Source: Parasitella parasitica NRRL 2501 (Eukaryota > Fungi > Mucoromycota). Taken from it: a stretch of DNA of 53,926 nucleotides. Shown piece after piece: positions 39,798 to 52,959 of the stretch; within the stretch, counting starts at the first letter, position 1, and every line of letters begins with the position of its first letter. The stretch covers positions 113,274 to 167,199 of the forward strand of contig MU619306.1 in the NCBI GenBank assembly GCA_025201805.1, read 5' to 3'. The notes under the pieces are model-generated. The model searched no databases, was not told the DNA's origin, and saw only the letters and a list, made by a program, of their open reading frames with translations. A program made the translations under genes and the position numbers.

Positions 39798-41775
39798 CTA
39801 TGTGTAGCAAAGCTGAAAGAACAAACAGGAGAGGGAAAAGAAACGAAGAAAAGTGAATAGCACTGATTGTGTATTAGAGTACGCGGCGATTGTAAAGCAT
39901 GCTGTTGTGTCCAATCAACTTGATATTAAAGCACGATGCCTGTGTGGTGTATACCATACCTGCTCGTTTTGTAAAGTTGATCAATGATGAAGTTGGAAGC
40001 CCTAATTTGTGTTGTTATAATAGTAGCCACCTAATGTACAAGTTGCGTGAATATTTTAAAGCTGATATCTTGGTTAGTAAGGCAAAGTTACGCTACCATC
40101 TATGAATGCTTTGGTCGGTTATCATGCACCATTCAAAGAAAGACACTTTACTTTTTGAGCCTAATTAATGTCGTGGGCGGTGGCAGCCGACATAGCATCA
40201 AAACATCTCGCAATATTCATGTTGACAGGAGCTTGTTTTTGGCAAATTGATAAATGGGCGCTATAAATTCTCTATGCAATCCCTCCAAAAAGCTGCTTAA
40301 AAAAATGACCATGAGCTTGTCGAGATAAGCATTATAGCACAAAATCAATTCCAGTTTGCCAGTGAGCTCCTTGTTTCAATTGAGGAATGAAACAGGTTAA
40401 ATAGCTCTCAAAAAGCTTTTGATATAAATACTACCAAATCTGAAAAATTACCCATTTTCTCGCTTTAGCGAGTAAAATCTCAATGTTTAATACTTTTGAA
40501 AAATATCAAGCAATGTAGACATCTTCTTCAACCAAGCCCTACCTCTTTTGCTCCGCTCTGCATCATATTCAAGTTTCATGCATCTCCAACCAAAATCTCA
40601 TACAGTGTTTTCTTGAAAATGAATTCCCTTGGCCGTAAGAAACATGCAAATCCTCAACATCCCATTTAAGATGGTCCACAAGAAACAGAGCTGGTCACTT
40701 GATATCTTCAAGCTGACCACATAGCGACAAATCAGTGCTATGTTCTATGCTTAAGAAAAACGAATAGAGAAATTACAAAGATTCTGTATAATTTAGTTCC
40801 TTTCCATTTGGGCAATGCCAGAGGTTGGAAAAATCCAGGGACAGTAGGCCCCCGGATATTCGAAATGACACTTTTCTTTGGAAGCCCAATGGAAGAATAG
40901 CAGAGTTATTGACAGATAAGCACACTGGACCCAGAGGTGAATCAAGTATTTTTGGCATAATAAAAAGCAAGAAACAGCGATTCCGTTTCATAATGAACCT
41001 GGCTATCACATTACGCTGAATAGTGATATGTGAGAGTGTTCACTGGATTGGGTCAGGTTCGTATCGCACATTTAGCAGCGGTTGCTTCAGACAAGCGCAA
41101 TAAAGCTCAAGCCACATTTGCTTTCATTGTTGTTGGTATGTCCAGCGGATTGGCGATGTTTATTAGTCGGGTACACAGGTAACCAGGCAACAGCTTTTTT
41201 TTTTTTTTACGTTGCTAGGGGTGAAATGTATGGGATATCAAGTGTCCGATTGGCCTTGAAGCTTGTTGATGTTTGTCTATTTATTGCTGAATATCGCGAA
41301 AATCAAGCTGCTGCATCGGTATAATATTAGATGTTATTTACTCGTCCGCTTTCAGACAATAATCTACAGAAACCAAAAACGAATGATAGAGCGGCATGTA
41401 GTGTTGGCAGTTAGAATGCTCAGGCACATCAGGAGGAATGTTGATCATTGAAATGAAATAATGAATCTCTACATTAAAACGATGATACCTACTTCTCTTA
41501 GGGAGCAATGTCATTTCTCTGATGTGTATTCAACTACTTTGGCCAACGAGATGTAGCCATGCATTCCGAGATTTCATAAATGCTCACTTTGTTGATTGGC
41601 TTCTACACAACTTGACGTCACCCATGTATAGAGCAAAACCATATGGAATCCAAACTGAGCAGAATCGTGGGGTCAATACAAAAAAAAAAAAAAAACGGAC
41701 GTTGCAATAAAACCCCTCAATTTCCAATAAACAAAAAAAACAACACTGTCTCCCCACTCTATTTAAATTATTACA

Positions 41776-42707
41776 ATGGCCACCTCAGCACTTGGATTGC
41801 AACTCGCTAAAAGAGCATTGTGTAAGAAGGATGGCAAAAGAAGGAAAGACTGAACAGAATGACTAACAACCGTTTAAACAGCCATGACAGCACCTCAAAC
41901 AATGGCAACTTCACAACGCTTCATGTCTACCGAAGTTGTTAGAAACATTGATCAAATTAAGGACATCACAGTTACTCCCAGCAATAGCGCAGGTGAGGAA
42001 CAAACATATACTTACACAAGTACAAGAACGAGCGAGATGTTTATTGATGGGTAATCCGATAATAGAGTATGTCTTGTCCACTGTCGATCGTGTTGTAAAC
42101 TGGGCCCGTGAAGGCTCTATTTGGCCCATGACCTTTGGTTTAGCATGTTGTGCTGTTGTAAGTATTTGATGTCTGTGTGTTGGAAAAGCAAAAAGATTGA
42201 CCGTTATGGGGAATATCTGTAGGAAATGATGCATTGCTCTACTCCTCGTTATGATCAAGATCGTATTGGTATTGTTTTCCGTGCCACACCTCGCCAATCT
42301 GATGTCATGATTGTTGCTGGCACTTTAACCAACAAAATGGCTCCTGCGTTAAGAAAGGTTTATGATCAGGTAAGCGTGGATGATGGGAGACTTTTTCATT
42401 GATTCCAGTGCTAATGAAACCCTGTTCAGATGCCTGAACCTCGTTGGGTTATTTCTATGGGCAGCTGCGCAAACGGCGGTGGTTACTACCACTACTCTTA
42501 TTCAGTTGTCCGTGGCTGTGATCGTATTGTACCTGTAGATATCTATGTCCCTGGCTGTCCTCCCACTTCTGAGGCATTGCTTTATGGCATTTTCCAATTG
42601 CAAAAGAAGATGAGAAGAGTAAGTTTTCTTGGCGTTTATTTTGACGATTGACAGCTAACTGGATATTTCATTAGACCAAGATTACTCAACTTTGGTACAG
42701 AAAGTAA
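41776..42707 (+). CDS. NDUFS7: NADH:ubiquinone oxidoreductase PSST / 20-kDa subunit
   Basis: [12 protein letters not shown]|[29 protein letters not shown]|[20 protein letters not shown] and [11 protein letters not shown]. Confidence 0.97.
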
Positions 42708-44361
42708 CTTTTTAATGGCTATATAGTATACGTATTCAAACGATAGATATTTTTTTCTACACCACAAGCACCACAAATAAACAAAACATTGGAAAAAATT
42801 GCATGACAAGCCCTAATATATAATAGTTCACGGGCTGCGATTTTCTCCCTTCATTATGTTCTTTTCGCAAATCAAAACATCCCCGGTCGATATTACCACG
42901 ATTAACGGAGACGATCCTTCTACGGCATCTGTTTTTGACCCAAGAATTACTAGATTATTGTCCAAAATTCAGCATAAAGGATAGAGTTACTGCGGTTGGC
43001 TGATGCAATCTTATCAACGTTTTTATAATGCCTTTGGTTTTTCCACCACTGTAAGACAACTTTGCAGGCAAGTCTTTATGTCTAAATGATGAGTTTGCTA
43101 GACTTCATTGGCTCTCATCTCAAGTGTCCAGATCTTTGAATTTATTGATCTAGACTATTCTTAAACAACTTTTTCTTGGGTGGGAAGCCACATATGCTTA
43201 TAATGTTTAAAAAGCCAAACTGATAAAGGAAAGGTCGTTTGGGTTTTAAGCAAAGATTAAATGTGCTGTATATTCGTTTCATTAGTAAGAGAATCTCGCA
43301 ATAAAAGTCCTTCAAGTACGTTTCCAACAGCTCCAGGACGCTTTGATCTGTGTCATCAGGCTGCCTATTCTGAAAGTTAATATGAGGCCTGCTGGGAGAT
43401 GTACACGCATTCTTTTTTTTTGTAAGACCAAACACATCCTCCATATCTTTTCTGATAATCGATAAATTAATGATTGTTGTACCTTCCACTGTGAGTGCAG
43501 CTGATTGCATTTAAGAACTCTTGAAACTTTCGATATGATTCTATTTAGTGATCGTATCACTCATACAGTAGTTAACTATTAATCTCAACTGTTTCCACTT
43601 GAAGAAGTTGATTTTTTTTTTTTTTTTTTTTTCTCGCTCTGAAAATAAATATATTGCATTTGCCTTCATTCTTTTTATTTTTTTCATTCAAATCTTGCTT
43701 TCATCGTTTGCTTAGCCAAAGCCCATGTAGGGCTTCTCTCGTTTTTGTGCATCACAACTAGAGACCACATGGACAAACCTTTCATATGTTTAATTACGGA
43801 ATATGTAAACTATTTCTTTTAGTGAGGAGCTAATCCCTGAGTTCTTTACAATGAAATTTGTCGATCTTTAATAATAACAATAAAAAAAAAAGAAACCGGC
43901 TAGTAGACTACAATTCAAGTTTTACAAGGTACGCCTTTAATGGTGAGCATTGGTAAATAGGAAAGCGTTGCATGCAAGGTCGCATCCTATTAATTGATTT
44001 TCACCACAAAACTATAGATGGTAAAATATGTATTTGGAGCCCACATCTAAGCTACTCTAGCCTAATAATTGCGTGTAAATACATCTTTGGATCTACTCAT
44101 TTTATACCAACTTTTAAGATACAGTCGCTTCTACTACGAATAAACAAAGCGCTGGAAAGATGCGCTATTATTAGGCTGTTGCTGTGTGCCCACAAACACA
44201 TTATTATTAGTTTGGTCTAAAGTCAGATCCAAGGAAAGATGTGAATGTAATTAGCTCTTATTTAATGGTTCTCGGGATGAAACAATCTGCTTTTCCTTCT
44301 TCCTCTTCTTCCTCTTCTTCTTTTGATACATCCTTATCGCACATTTACATACATAAAACAT

Positions 44362-46147
44362 ATGTCTTCCGCAGATAAGGCTACAACTGATATAAGCGAT
44401 CCCACAACCACAGCCGTTTCTGCCAAAGAAACATCAAATGAACAAGAGGAGACAGGAACTGCTAACGAGGCAGTGACGGCTACTGCTAGTGAGGTAGAAA
44501 CTACTACTTCAGATGCCAATGAGCCAGGTGCCACAACAACATCCAATAGGGAAGATTCTACCACTTTTACTGCAACACCAACAGAAGAGGAGTCTTTGAC
44601 AAGCACAGCCAATGTCGAAACTACCACTACAACCATTGAGCGAGAATCGTCGACATCGACAAACGCTGAATCAACTGCCACGGAGCAGCCGCAAACAACC
44701 GCAATAGCATCCGATAGTACCACTCCAACAGCGACGAGTAGTAACAGTGATGAAACATCTGCTGTCGAGTAAGTTTTTGTTTATTCTGCAAAAGGCCGTG
44801 TGCTCAAGTGTGCGTATAAAATACACACCAAATCTTGATATAAGCCTCACAGCCTAACTTGTCTCCGTTTAATGTATAATTATAACATCATCTAACGACT
44901 TATCTATTTATACATTTTTACCCAAATAGAACCCAACCTTCTTCTTCTGCTTTTACTTCATTTTCAAACACAATGTCCTCGAGCAAAGCTGCAACAACAA
45001 CGTCTTTGGCATCTACATCAGCAACAGATTCCGTAAGTGTAGAACCTGCTTCTTCCTCTTCTTCCTCCTCCTCTTCTGTTGCTACTTTGACTAGTAGCAG
45101 TAGCCAGGATGTTGACTATACCACAGAAATCAATTCTGCTACTTCTTCCTCTCCTGATTCTGCTACTTCTCCTCCTAATTCTACCTCCCCTCCTCCTGCC
45201 CCCCCTAATTCTGCCTCGACTTCTGAACCAATAATCTCATCCTCTACTTATGATCAGGAAATCCCGCCCAACAGCACAACCCCCCCTTCAACGACATCAT
45301 CCGACGTAATCACATCTTCCTCATCTAGATCAGAGGTAGTTTCTACAACCCCATCATCAGAAGCGCCGCCTTCATCTACTATACAATCGACTACAAATGT
45401 CCCTACTACGACATCATCCATTCCTGATCCAACTACACCTATCCCTACTACCACCGCTGAGATAAGCACTACTGAGGGGCCGAATACTAGCCTTCCACCT
45501 ACATCAACAACAAAATCAAGTGAAACACCGACTCAGGAACCAACCCAACCTCCACCACCGCCAACTATTGTAACCAGCGAAACATATACAAGCACCACAA
45601 TATCAATCGATATCGTGACAACAGTGACCACCGTGTCAAACGGTATCACAACCACTATCACTACTGTCATCCCAACAACGTAAGTATTTCTTTTTATTTT
45701 ATTTTTCTTCCTCTTGTGCAAATTGGAAAAACTTGGCTTAGTTACTAATTTTGTATAAATGTTGATAGCACTGTGATACCAACATTAGCATCAGATAAAA
45801 GCGGAGGAAGTATCCAAGGAAACAATGGAGGCACCAACACAGGATCAATTATCGGTGGAGTTATAGGAGGAGCGGCTGGTATAGCTTTGATTGTAGCTGG
45901 CATTGTGCTATTGAAGAGACGTAAACGAAAGCAGGCATTTTCGAGAGGGCAGCAGGAAAGCCAAATGTACGATGATGAGTTCTACGGAGACCCATACCGT
46001 CAAAACGGATTTCCCGGCACAGGAGAACAAGCACAACGCATGAATCCTCAAAACACGTCCACTACATTAGACGGTGACGACGAAGACTTTTATCTGTCTA
46101 GACAGACGAGAAGTTCTTGGTGGTCCTCTGTGTCGAGATGTATTTAA
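44362..46147 (+). CDS. Mucin-like single-pass membrane protein (Mid2/Wsc/Msb2-like architecture)
   Basis: Long S/T/P-rich exons, then GSIIGGVIGGAAGIALIVAGIVLL TM, KRRKRK stop-transfer and a short cytoplasmic tail. Confidence 0.75.
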
Positions 46148-46373
46148 ATAAAATATAATAAAATTAATATGTATTCTACAACTAATAAATCATGTGATTT
46201 TATACATGAAGAAGAAGAAGGAAGCATTAGGTTCACACTGTTCATTGGCTCACCACTTTACAGATTCAAACAAAAACACCTTTACACACACTGGTCTTTT
46301 TTTCCTTTCACTCCTTTTTTCCTTTTTTTTTTTTTTTTTTTTNNNNNNNNNNCACAAAATATTGGAGTAATAA

Positions 46374-47676
46374 ATGATAAATGATACTGAATCAGTAGAT
46401 AGCTCGTCGGCCCCAATAACAGCATGCAAAGTTCGAATGTGTAAGATTTGTCTGGAAAAAGACCAAGTGAACCAACTAATTTCGCCATGCCACTGCAAAG
46501 GTTCAATGTAAATTACATCCTGTGAATACATAAATTCATTACAAGCACTGAAATCAAAATAGAAAGTACGTACATCCTCATTGTATGGCGGGATGGCGAA
46601 AAGCATTGATGCAAACAGGTCGAGAAGACGATCTTTACCATTGTCAATTGTGCAAACATCGTTTGTGGGTGAAACAGAAGAGGCTCTGGGCTGCTCTATT
46701 GCATTACAAGAGTAAGAGTGAAAGGAAAATAAAAGTAGAAGCTTTATTTAATGATTGCGTTATACAGTTTTTCGGGTTCTTGTGGCAGCTTCGTTGTTGG
46801 GATTGATATTAATACCAGCAGGCAAGTAGTACAAGACGAAATCCACATGAATTTATTTTTAACGCCCCTCTGTCAAATTTCCCAGGAAGTATCATGAAGG
46901 CGTTTATTCATTTTTCTGTGCTCTTGACAAACCATCCTGGAGGACTCACTCAAGCCTGGGAAACTAGCTCATTGACTCGATTGCTTTTCGATAGCAGCCA
47001 AACATCTATTCTAGCATCAATATCACCATCGCATTACTCTACTTCAAGCACTAATTCAACATCCATCCGAGTATTGTATTCCCCGTTTCCAGTCTGCATT
47101 CTACCGTCCCCCGCCTCAACCGCCACCAGCGCTTCACATGCATTGTTCTCAAACCAGATATTGTATTATTTCCTATTTCCATTTTCTGACGAACGGCTTT
47201 GGCAGTTGATTTTGTGCAAACTGGAGCATTTCCATCTAGGCTTCTTTTTACTAGGAAGCGTCAACAACATTTACTTTACCTATAGAATACTGAACGACAT
47301 GTTTGACATTGTGTTGTTGGGCCAAGATCAACAGGACAATGACGATGATGTACAAGAGGACGAAGAACAGCGACTCAATAGTATCACTAGAAGACTGAGC
47401 AAACTTCTCAAAGGATTCCTCTTGACGTACTGCTGCTCTTTGGTCATCTTGTTTTGGATCCATTTCAACATATTTGCTTTTCATGTTGATTCTCAGTACG
47501 AGTATACTACATCGAAACAATTTGTAGCGGAATTGCCGCTCTGGACGCTTCGCTGGGTGACGTTGGGAATTGCTGTTGGGGATTTTGCTGCAAGAGGTAT
47601 CTATCGTTGGTTAACCCGAATTACCAACTGCGTAGATCAAGAGGACGTTTTATCATTGCCTGAGAATATCAAATAA
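46374..47676 (+). CDS. RINGv (RING-CH, MARCH/Doa10-type) membrane E3 ligase
   Basis: CKICLE..LISPCHCKGS|IKYVHPHCMAGW..CQLC (C4HC3) followed by several hydrophobic helices. Confidence 0.85.
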
Positions 47677-47775
47677 AAAAATGCATAACAAATTGGGTAC
47701 AATTCGAAAGGATATTGGCAACGCATCTTGGCAACCATTCATCTTAAATGACCTAAACAAAAAAANNNNNNNNNN

Positions 47776-47806
<31 letters not shown>

Positions 47807-47843
47807 ATATTTTATGTATATTAAAACAAATCGTTTAATTTAT

Positions 47844-48994
47844 TTAAGCTTCAACAGGCTCGACAGCAGCGACAGGAGCAGGTCTGAAATCTTGAGCGGT
47901 AGGTTCAAGGATAGCGGTTTCATCCTTGGGTTCAAGGATGGTGACAATATCAGGAAGACATTGCTTGGGACCGTTGCGACCGGTAGGATCGTTATCCAAC
48001 ATAATCTTGACCTTGATGCCCAAAACACCTTGACGCAAATCGACGTGACGGACAGCAGTGGTGATGAAATCACGAGCAGGGTTACCAGAGTGAATCATGA
48101 AGCCATCAGCGAACTTCATGGCCTTGGCACGAGCGGCACGAACCTTACCAGAGACAACGACTTCACAGCCCTTGGCTCCAGATTCCATAACGAAACGGAC
48201 AACACCATAACAGGCACTAGTTCAAGGCATTTGTCAGTATTAAAGGCACAAAAACAGAAACCAACTACGATATCTAAGACTGCACTTACCGGCGAACAGC
48301 CAAACCGTTAAGGAGCTTGAACTTGACAGACTCACATTGAGCAATAGCGCAAAGACCACGGTTTTGAACACGTTCAGCATAGAGCTCAACAGCGTTCTCG
48401 GGGAACTTGAAACGCTTTTGGACAAGAGTGGTCAATTCACGAATGCGACGACCCTTCTCACCGAGGACGTTTTGGGTGTGAGTGGCACGGATGATAATTC
48501 TACATTCGATTTAACAACTTTTATTCACAGATTTCTCAAAACAAATGCAACTTACTCGGTACGGGCAGGAGTGACACGGACCTCAACACCAGCATAACCA
48601 TCTTCAGCAAGTTCACGAGTGAAGAACTCGTTCAATTCGGCGTAGAAAACACCATCAGCGACCTACACATGTTGTTTAAAAAGTTGAATCAATACATATT
48701 GCCGTCAAATGAAGATAAATTGATGTTGAATGCGAAGAATATAGTAAAAACACTGTCGCATTTCATTTTGTGCAGGTAATTTATATCTTCAACATTTCAA
48801 CGCAGCAAAAAAGAAAAAGAAAAAATTGCAGAAAAAAAAACTTACAAACTATATAACAAAAAGAGTTAGTAAAAAGGCAATCGTCAATCAATCCATCCAT
48901 CCATCGATATAGATGACAAGTATATCATCCAACAATGGATGTATCATGTTTATACCTTTCTCTTCTTGGAGATCTGAGCTGCAACGGCGGCCAT
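47844..48994 (-). CDS. RPS3: 40S ribosomal protein S3 (uS3), including a 3-nt micro-exon
   Basis: [13 protein letters not shown]|F|[47 protein letters not shown] and [12 protein letters not shown]. Confidence 0.97.
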
Positions 48995-49765
48995 ATTGTA
49001 TATCGATTAAAAAGGAGGAAATTCATCTTTGCCAGTTTGAAACTTACTTTTGCCTGTTGCTGCTTCCTGGTCTTGCCTTGAATTCTTGCAGTTTGGAGAT
49101 GCAACACTTGCCGGACATATTTAAACTCCCGGCCAGCATCATGATTGCTTGTAATCAAGACCCTTTATGACGACAATACCGTATATGTACGGTATGAGTG
49201 CAATGATTGCATTTCATTGTCATTCTGTATATACAAATTGGATGTAATTGAATATAAGCCTATTGATTTTAAGTAATATCCAAAGATCATAGATGCAGAT
49301 TTGACTTGAAGCATTATCGAAATCAAAATTTAGCGCTCGACATCCAATTGTTAAAATGTATGCCACACATGACAATAGTAAAATAGGAGAGATTTTAAAC
49401 CTATGCGTGAAATGTACTCCTGACAGTAAATATATGGTGAGCACTGGGCAGTTGCTTCCTATCTATTGCGGTGGATAAAAAAAAAACGCTTATTGCAAAA
49501 AGAAATGAAATGGGGCAAGGGCTAGTCTTTCGTCTGACCCTTCCCTTTCTCTTGTTTTATATTATTGTAATTTTTGCCAATTTCAACTTCTTATTTCTTA
49601 TATTGATAAGCATATATACAACAATTTATTTATATATAAAACGAAGAAACTCTAGATAACAATACTCTCGCATTGAAATTTTTTTTTTAAAAAAAAGTAT
49701 TCCATCATCTTTTTCGTTAATCAAAACAAAGACCTTTCCACATAACAAGCCAAGTTTAATTTACA

Positions 49766-51147
49766 ATGGGAAATCCAGATGAATGGTTAGAAACAGTTCG
49801 TAAATGTGAATATTTACCTGAACAGGATATAAAGAAACTATGTGAAATGGTAAGTTGATTAGAGATGGGTTGCGCGTCCTTTATATGTGCATTTTTCTCC
49901 GTTTGTAAGAAAAAGAACTGAATAATTGGATAGGTTAAAGAACTATTAATGGAGGAATCAAATATCCAACCAGTCCAATCTCCTGTCACCGTATGTGGTG
50001 ATATACATGGTAAATATTATGATACTTACTTACTGCCCCTCCTACATTCAAGGATTAACATGAAAAATTAGGTCAATTTTATGACTTACTTGAATTATTT
50101 AACGTGGGTGGAGATGTGAAAGATACAAACTATATTTTTATGGCAAGTGATTTTGATTTTATAAGATGGCGTGGTATTTATCTGATTATATGAATAGGGC
50201 GACTATGTTGACCGTGGTTATTTCAGTTTAGAGACATTCACACTTTTGATGGTCTTGAAAGCAAAGTACAGTATTAGAACTAAATATTATTTTTTTTACT
50301 TACAATCCTAATTGTTCGCTAGATATCCCGATAAAATTACATTATTAAGAGGAAATCATGAAAGTAGACAAATTACTCAAGTATACGGTTTTTATGGTAG
50401 CTTTTATAATAGCATTTTTATAAAAAGTAGAGGTGTTCATAGGTTCTTGTCTATTTGTAGACGAATGCCAGACAAAATATGGAAATGCGAATGTTTGGAA
50501 ATATTGCTGTTCGGTTTTTGATTATTTGACATTGGCTGCAGTAATGTATTTGAAGGATGGAAAGTGTGAATGGTTAAATTAATTGATTTATAGATCATTG
50601 ACGGATCAATCTTGTGTGTTCATGGAGGTTTATCGCCCGATATTAAAGCACTCGATCAAATGAGAACCATCCACCGTTTGCAAGAAATCCCTCATGAAGG
50701 ATCGTTTTGTGATTTAATGTGGTCTGACCCTGAGGATATAGATACTTGGGCAGTGAGTCCCAGAGGTGCCGGTTGGCTATTTGGAGGAAAAGTAACGAGC
50801 GAGGTAACATGTTGTTAAACAGTAAATATTGTAACCAGAAGTAACGTCTTTACTGTGTTTAGTTTAATCACATCAATGGACTATCATTGATCGCAAGAGC
50901 ACATCAGTTGGTACAGGAGGGATATAAATACATGTTTCCAAACAACGAATTAGTAACGGTCTGGTCTGCACCTAATTATTGTTACCGATGTGGTAACGTT
51001 GCTTCCATCATGGAAGTGAGTGACAATGATACAAAATTCAAAATATTTGATGCTGTACCAGATCAGGATCGTTTTGCTCCATTTTCTACTAGAAATGGAA
51101 TGAGTGGATCAAAAATGGGTGGCACTGGTGGGCAATACTTTGTATAA
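49766..51147 (+). CDS. SIT4: Ser/Thr protein phosphatase PP6/Sit4/Ppe1 catalytic subunit
   Basis: [52 protein letters not shown] and [15 protein letters not shown] (PP6-type residues). Confidence 0.9.
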
Positions 51148-52886
51148 ATCTATATATTACCATTATTAGCTTGTTTACTTTTTCTTTTATATTTGATTTG
51201 AGCAACAACATCTACAAAGATAAGTACCTTTATCTGTTTTCTCTTCTTTCTGTCTTTTTTTATAATTACCATTTATATATAATTTTTAATTGTATTTTTC
51301 CCTTTCTCAAACATTTGCACCTTTTTATTTTTTGACGACCAGTTCTTCATATTCTTCATCGTTTGTTTCTTACATTTATATGTCGCCAATGTATACAAAA
51401 AAGAAACCCCCCTCCCCCCAATAAATGAAAGTCTAGATCAATGTTCATCTGTCAATATGTGATTTCAGTTCATATCAATTGAAAAATTTTCAACAACAAT
51501 GTCAAATAAAAGAACATATACACTGTGAACATTCGGAAACTGCTTTGTATTGCTTCCCATTTAGAATTAACCTCGTACATAAATCCTTACTCTTTCTTAT
51601 TTCAAGATCTGCTCTAAATTTTAATTTATTAAACCATCTTATAGTATTGTGGTCTCAAGCGCTATTATATCACTTTTATGAAACCGGATGCTACTTAAAG
51701 ACACATTGGAATCGACGTCAACTCGCATTATATTCCAATAGTCATCATTTATGATGTGTTCACACTGTTACAATTAAATTATCAATTCCTATACAAGTAC
51801 TGCGCATCTTGGTTTACTATAGATATAGTGTATAATTGTATTAACTGTAACTAAATAGGGGAATATCAACAATCAAGGCACGGATCAACTATTTGATGGC
51901 CACATCAATCAACATTCTTAAATTAATCTCAACCATAAAAATATCAAGTTAAGCAATAGTACTGAAACGGTGTATATCTCTCTTTTTTTTTATCAATAGT
52001 GATACGTTCATCTATTGATTATCTCAGTTATTATTGTAAAAAATTGAAACGTTTGAATTCAATATTTATAAAGACCCTGTTTTATCAAAAACTTTACCTT
52101 CATTTCTAAATAGCAGGAGTTTTCACTTCACTATACCTCAATTACTAAAGAGCAGAACATTAAATTAATTAACAAACATCAATCTGGATCCTTGAATAAA
52201 CCATTTTTGTACACTTTACTATAAGCAATGAGCTATTTCTTAACTTGAATATTCATTATTACATTATTAAGTCTGTTGAATTACATATCAATGTATTCGA
52301 TTCATTTTACACTTTATGTTATTGTTTTCACCTTATACGTATGTATTGAATTAGTTGAATTGGAAAATGCTCATTAACTTACAATATAGATTGCTCTGCT
52401 TTGACAAATTAACCTATATTGATTTCAATCAACACCTCTATTCTCAAAAACGTTTTTTACAACGTTATTGCTGCAATTGAAAGCAACATTGTTACAATGC
52501 AAGTTAATCTGCTAAGGCAGATCGATTTATCAGTAGTAAGCACTAGGTTTATAGTTGCGAAATGTGTACTATGTGGGCCTTAAAGTGGACTAACAGGTAA
52601 ATGTTGTATAAAAAGTTATATAGTTACTTATATTAATAGGATTGATAAAGACAGTTAAATAAGTGTTAGGTAAAATGTTTGATGATCTCTATGTTGAGCT
52701 TTCAATTATTCTAAAAGCATTGGTCAAACTTTAATAGGACTATTCGATTTAATTGAACAAATATTCTTTAAAAATTGACGTCCTTGTTAATTTATAAATA
52801 AAACATTGACAGATCACCCTTTAGGATTCTTTAGATTATGAAATTACGATAGAACTAGCGTCACCAACTTGGTTGGAAAACAAAAA

Positions 52887-52959
52887 TGGAGACACCGGGG
52901 ATTGAACCCGGGGCCTTTCGCATGCAAAGCGAATGTGATAGCCACTACACTATATCCCC
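52887..52959 (-). tRNA. tRNA-Ala(UGC)
   Basis: GGGGATATAGTGTAGTGGCTATCACATTCGCTTTGCATGCGAAAGGCCCCGGGTTCAATCCCCGGTGTCTCCA folds as a cloverleaf with anticodon TGC and the G3:U70 identity pair, followed by a TTTTT Pol III terminator. Confidence 0.97.

Noticed and set aside
42860-43560. Short minus-strand ORFs suggesting a decayed gene or TE
   Set aside because: No recognisable motif, and multiple stops in all frames.
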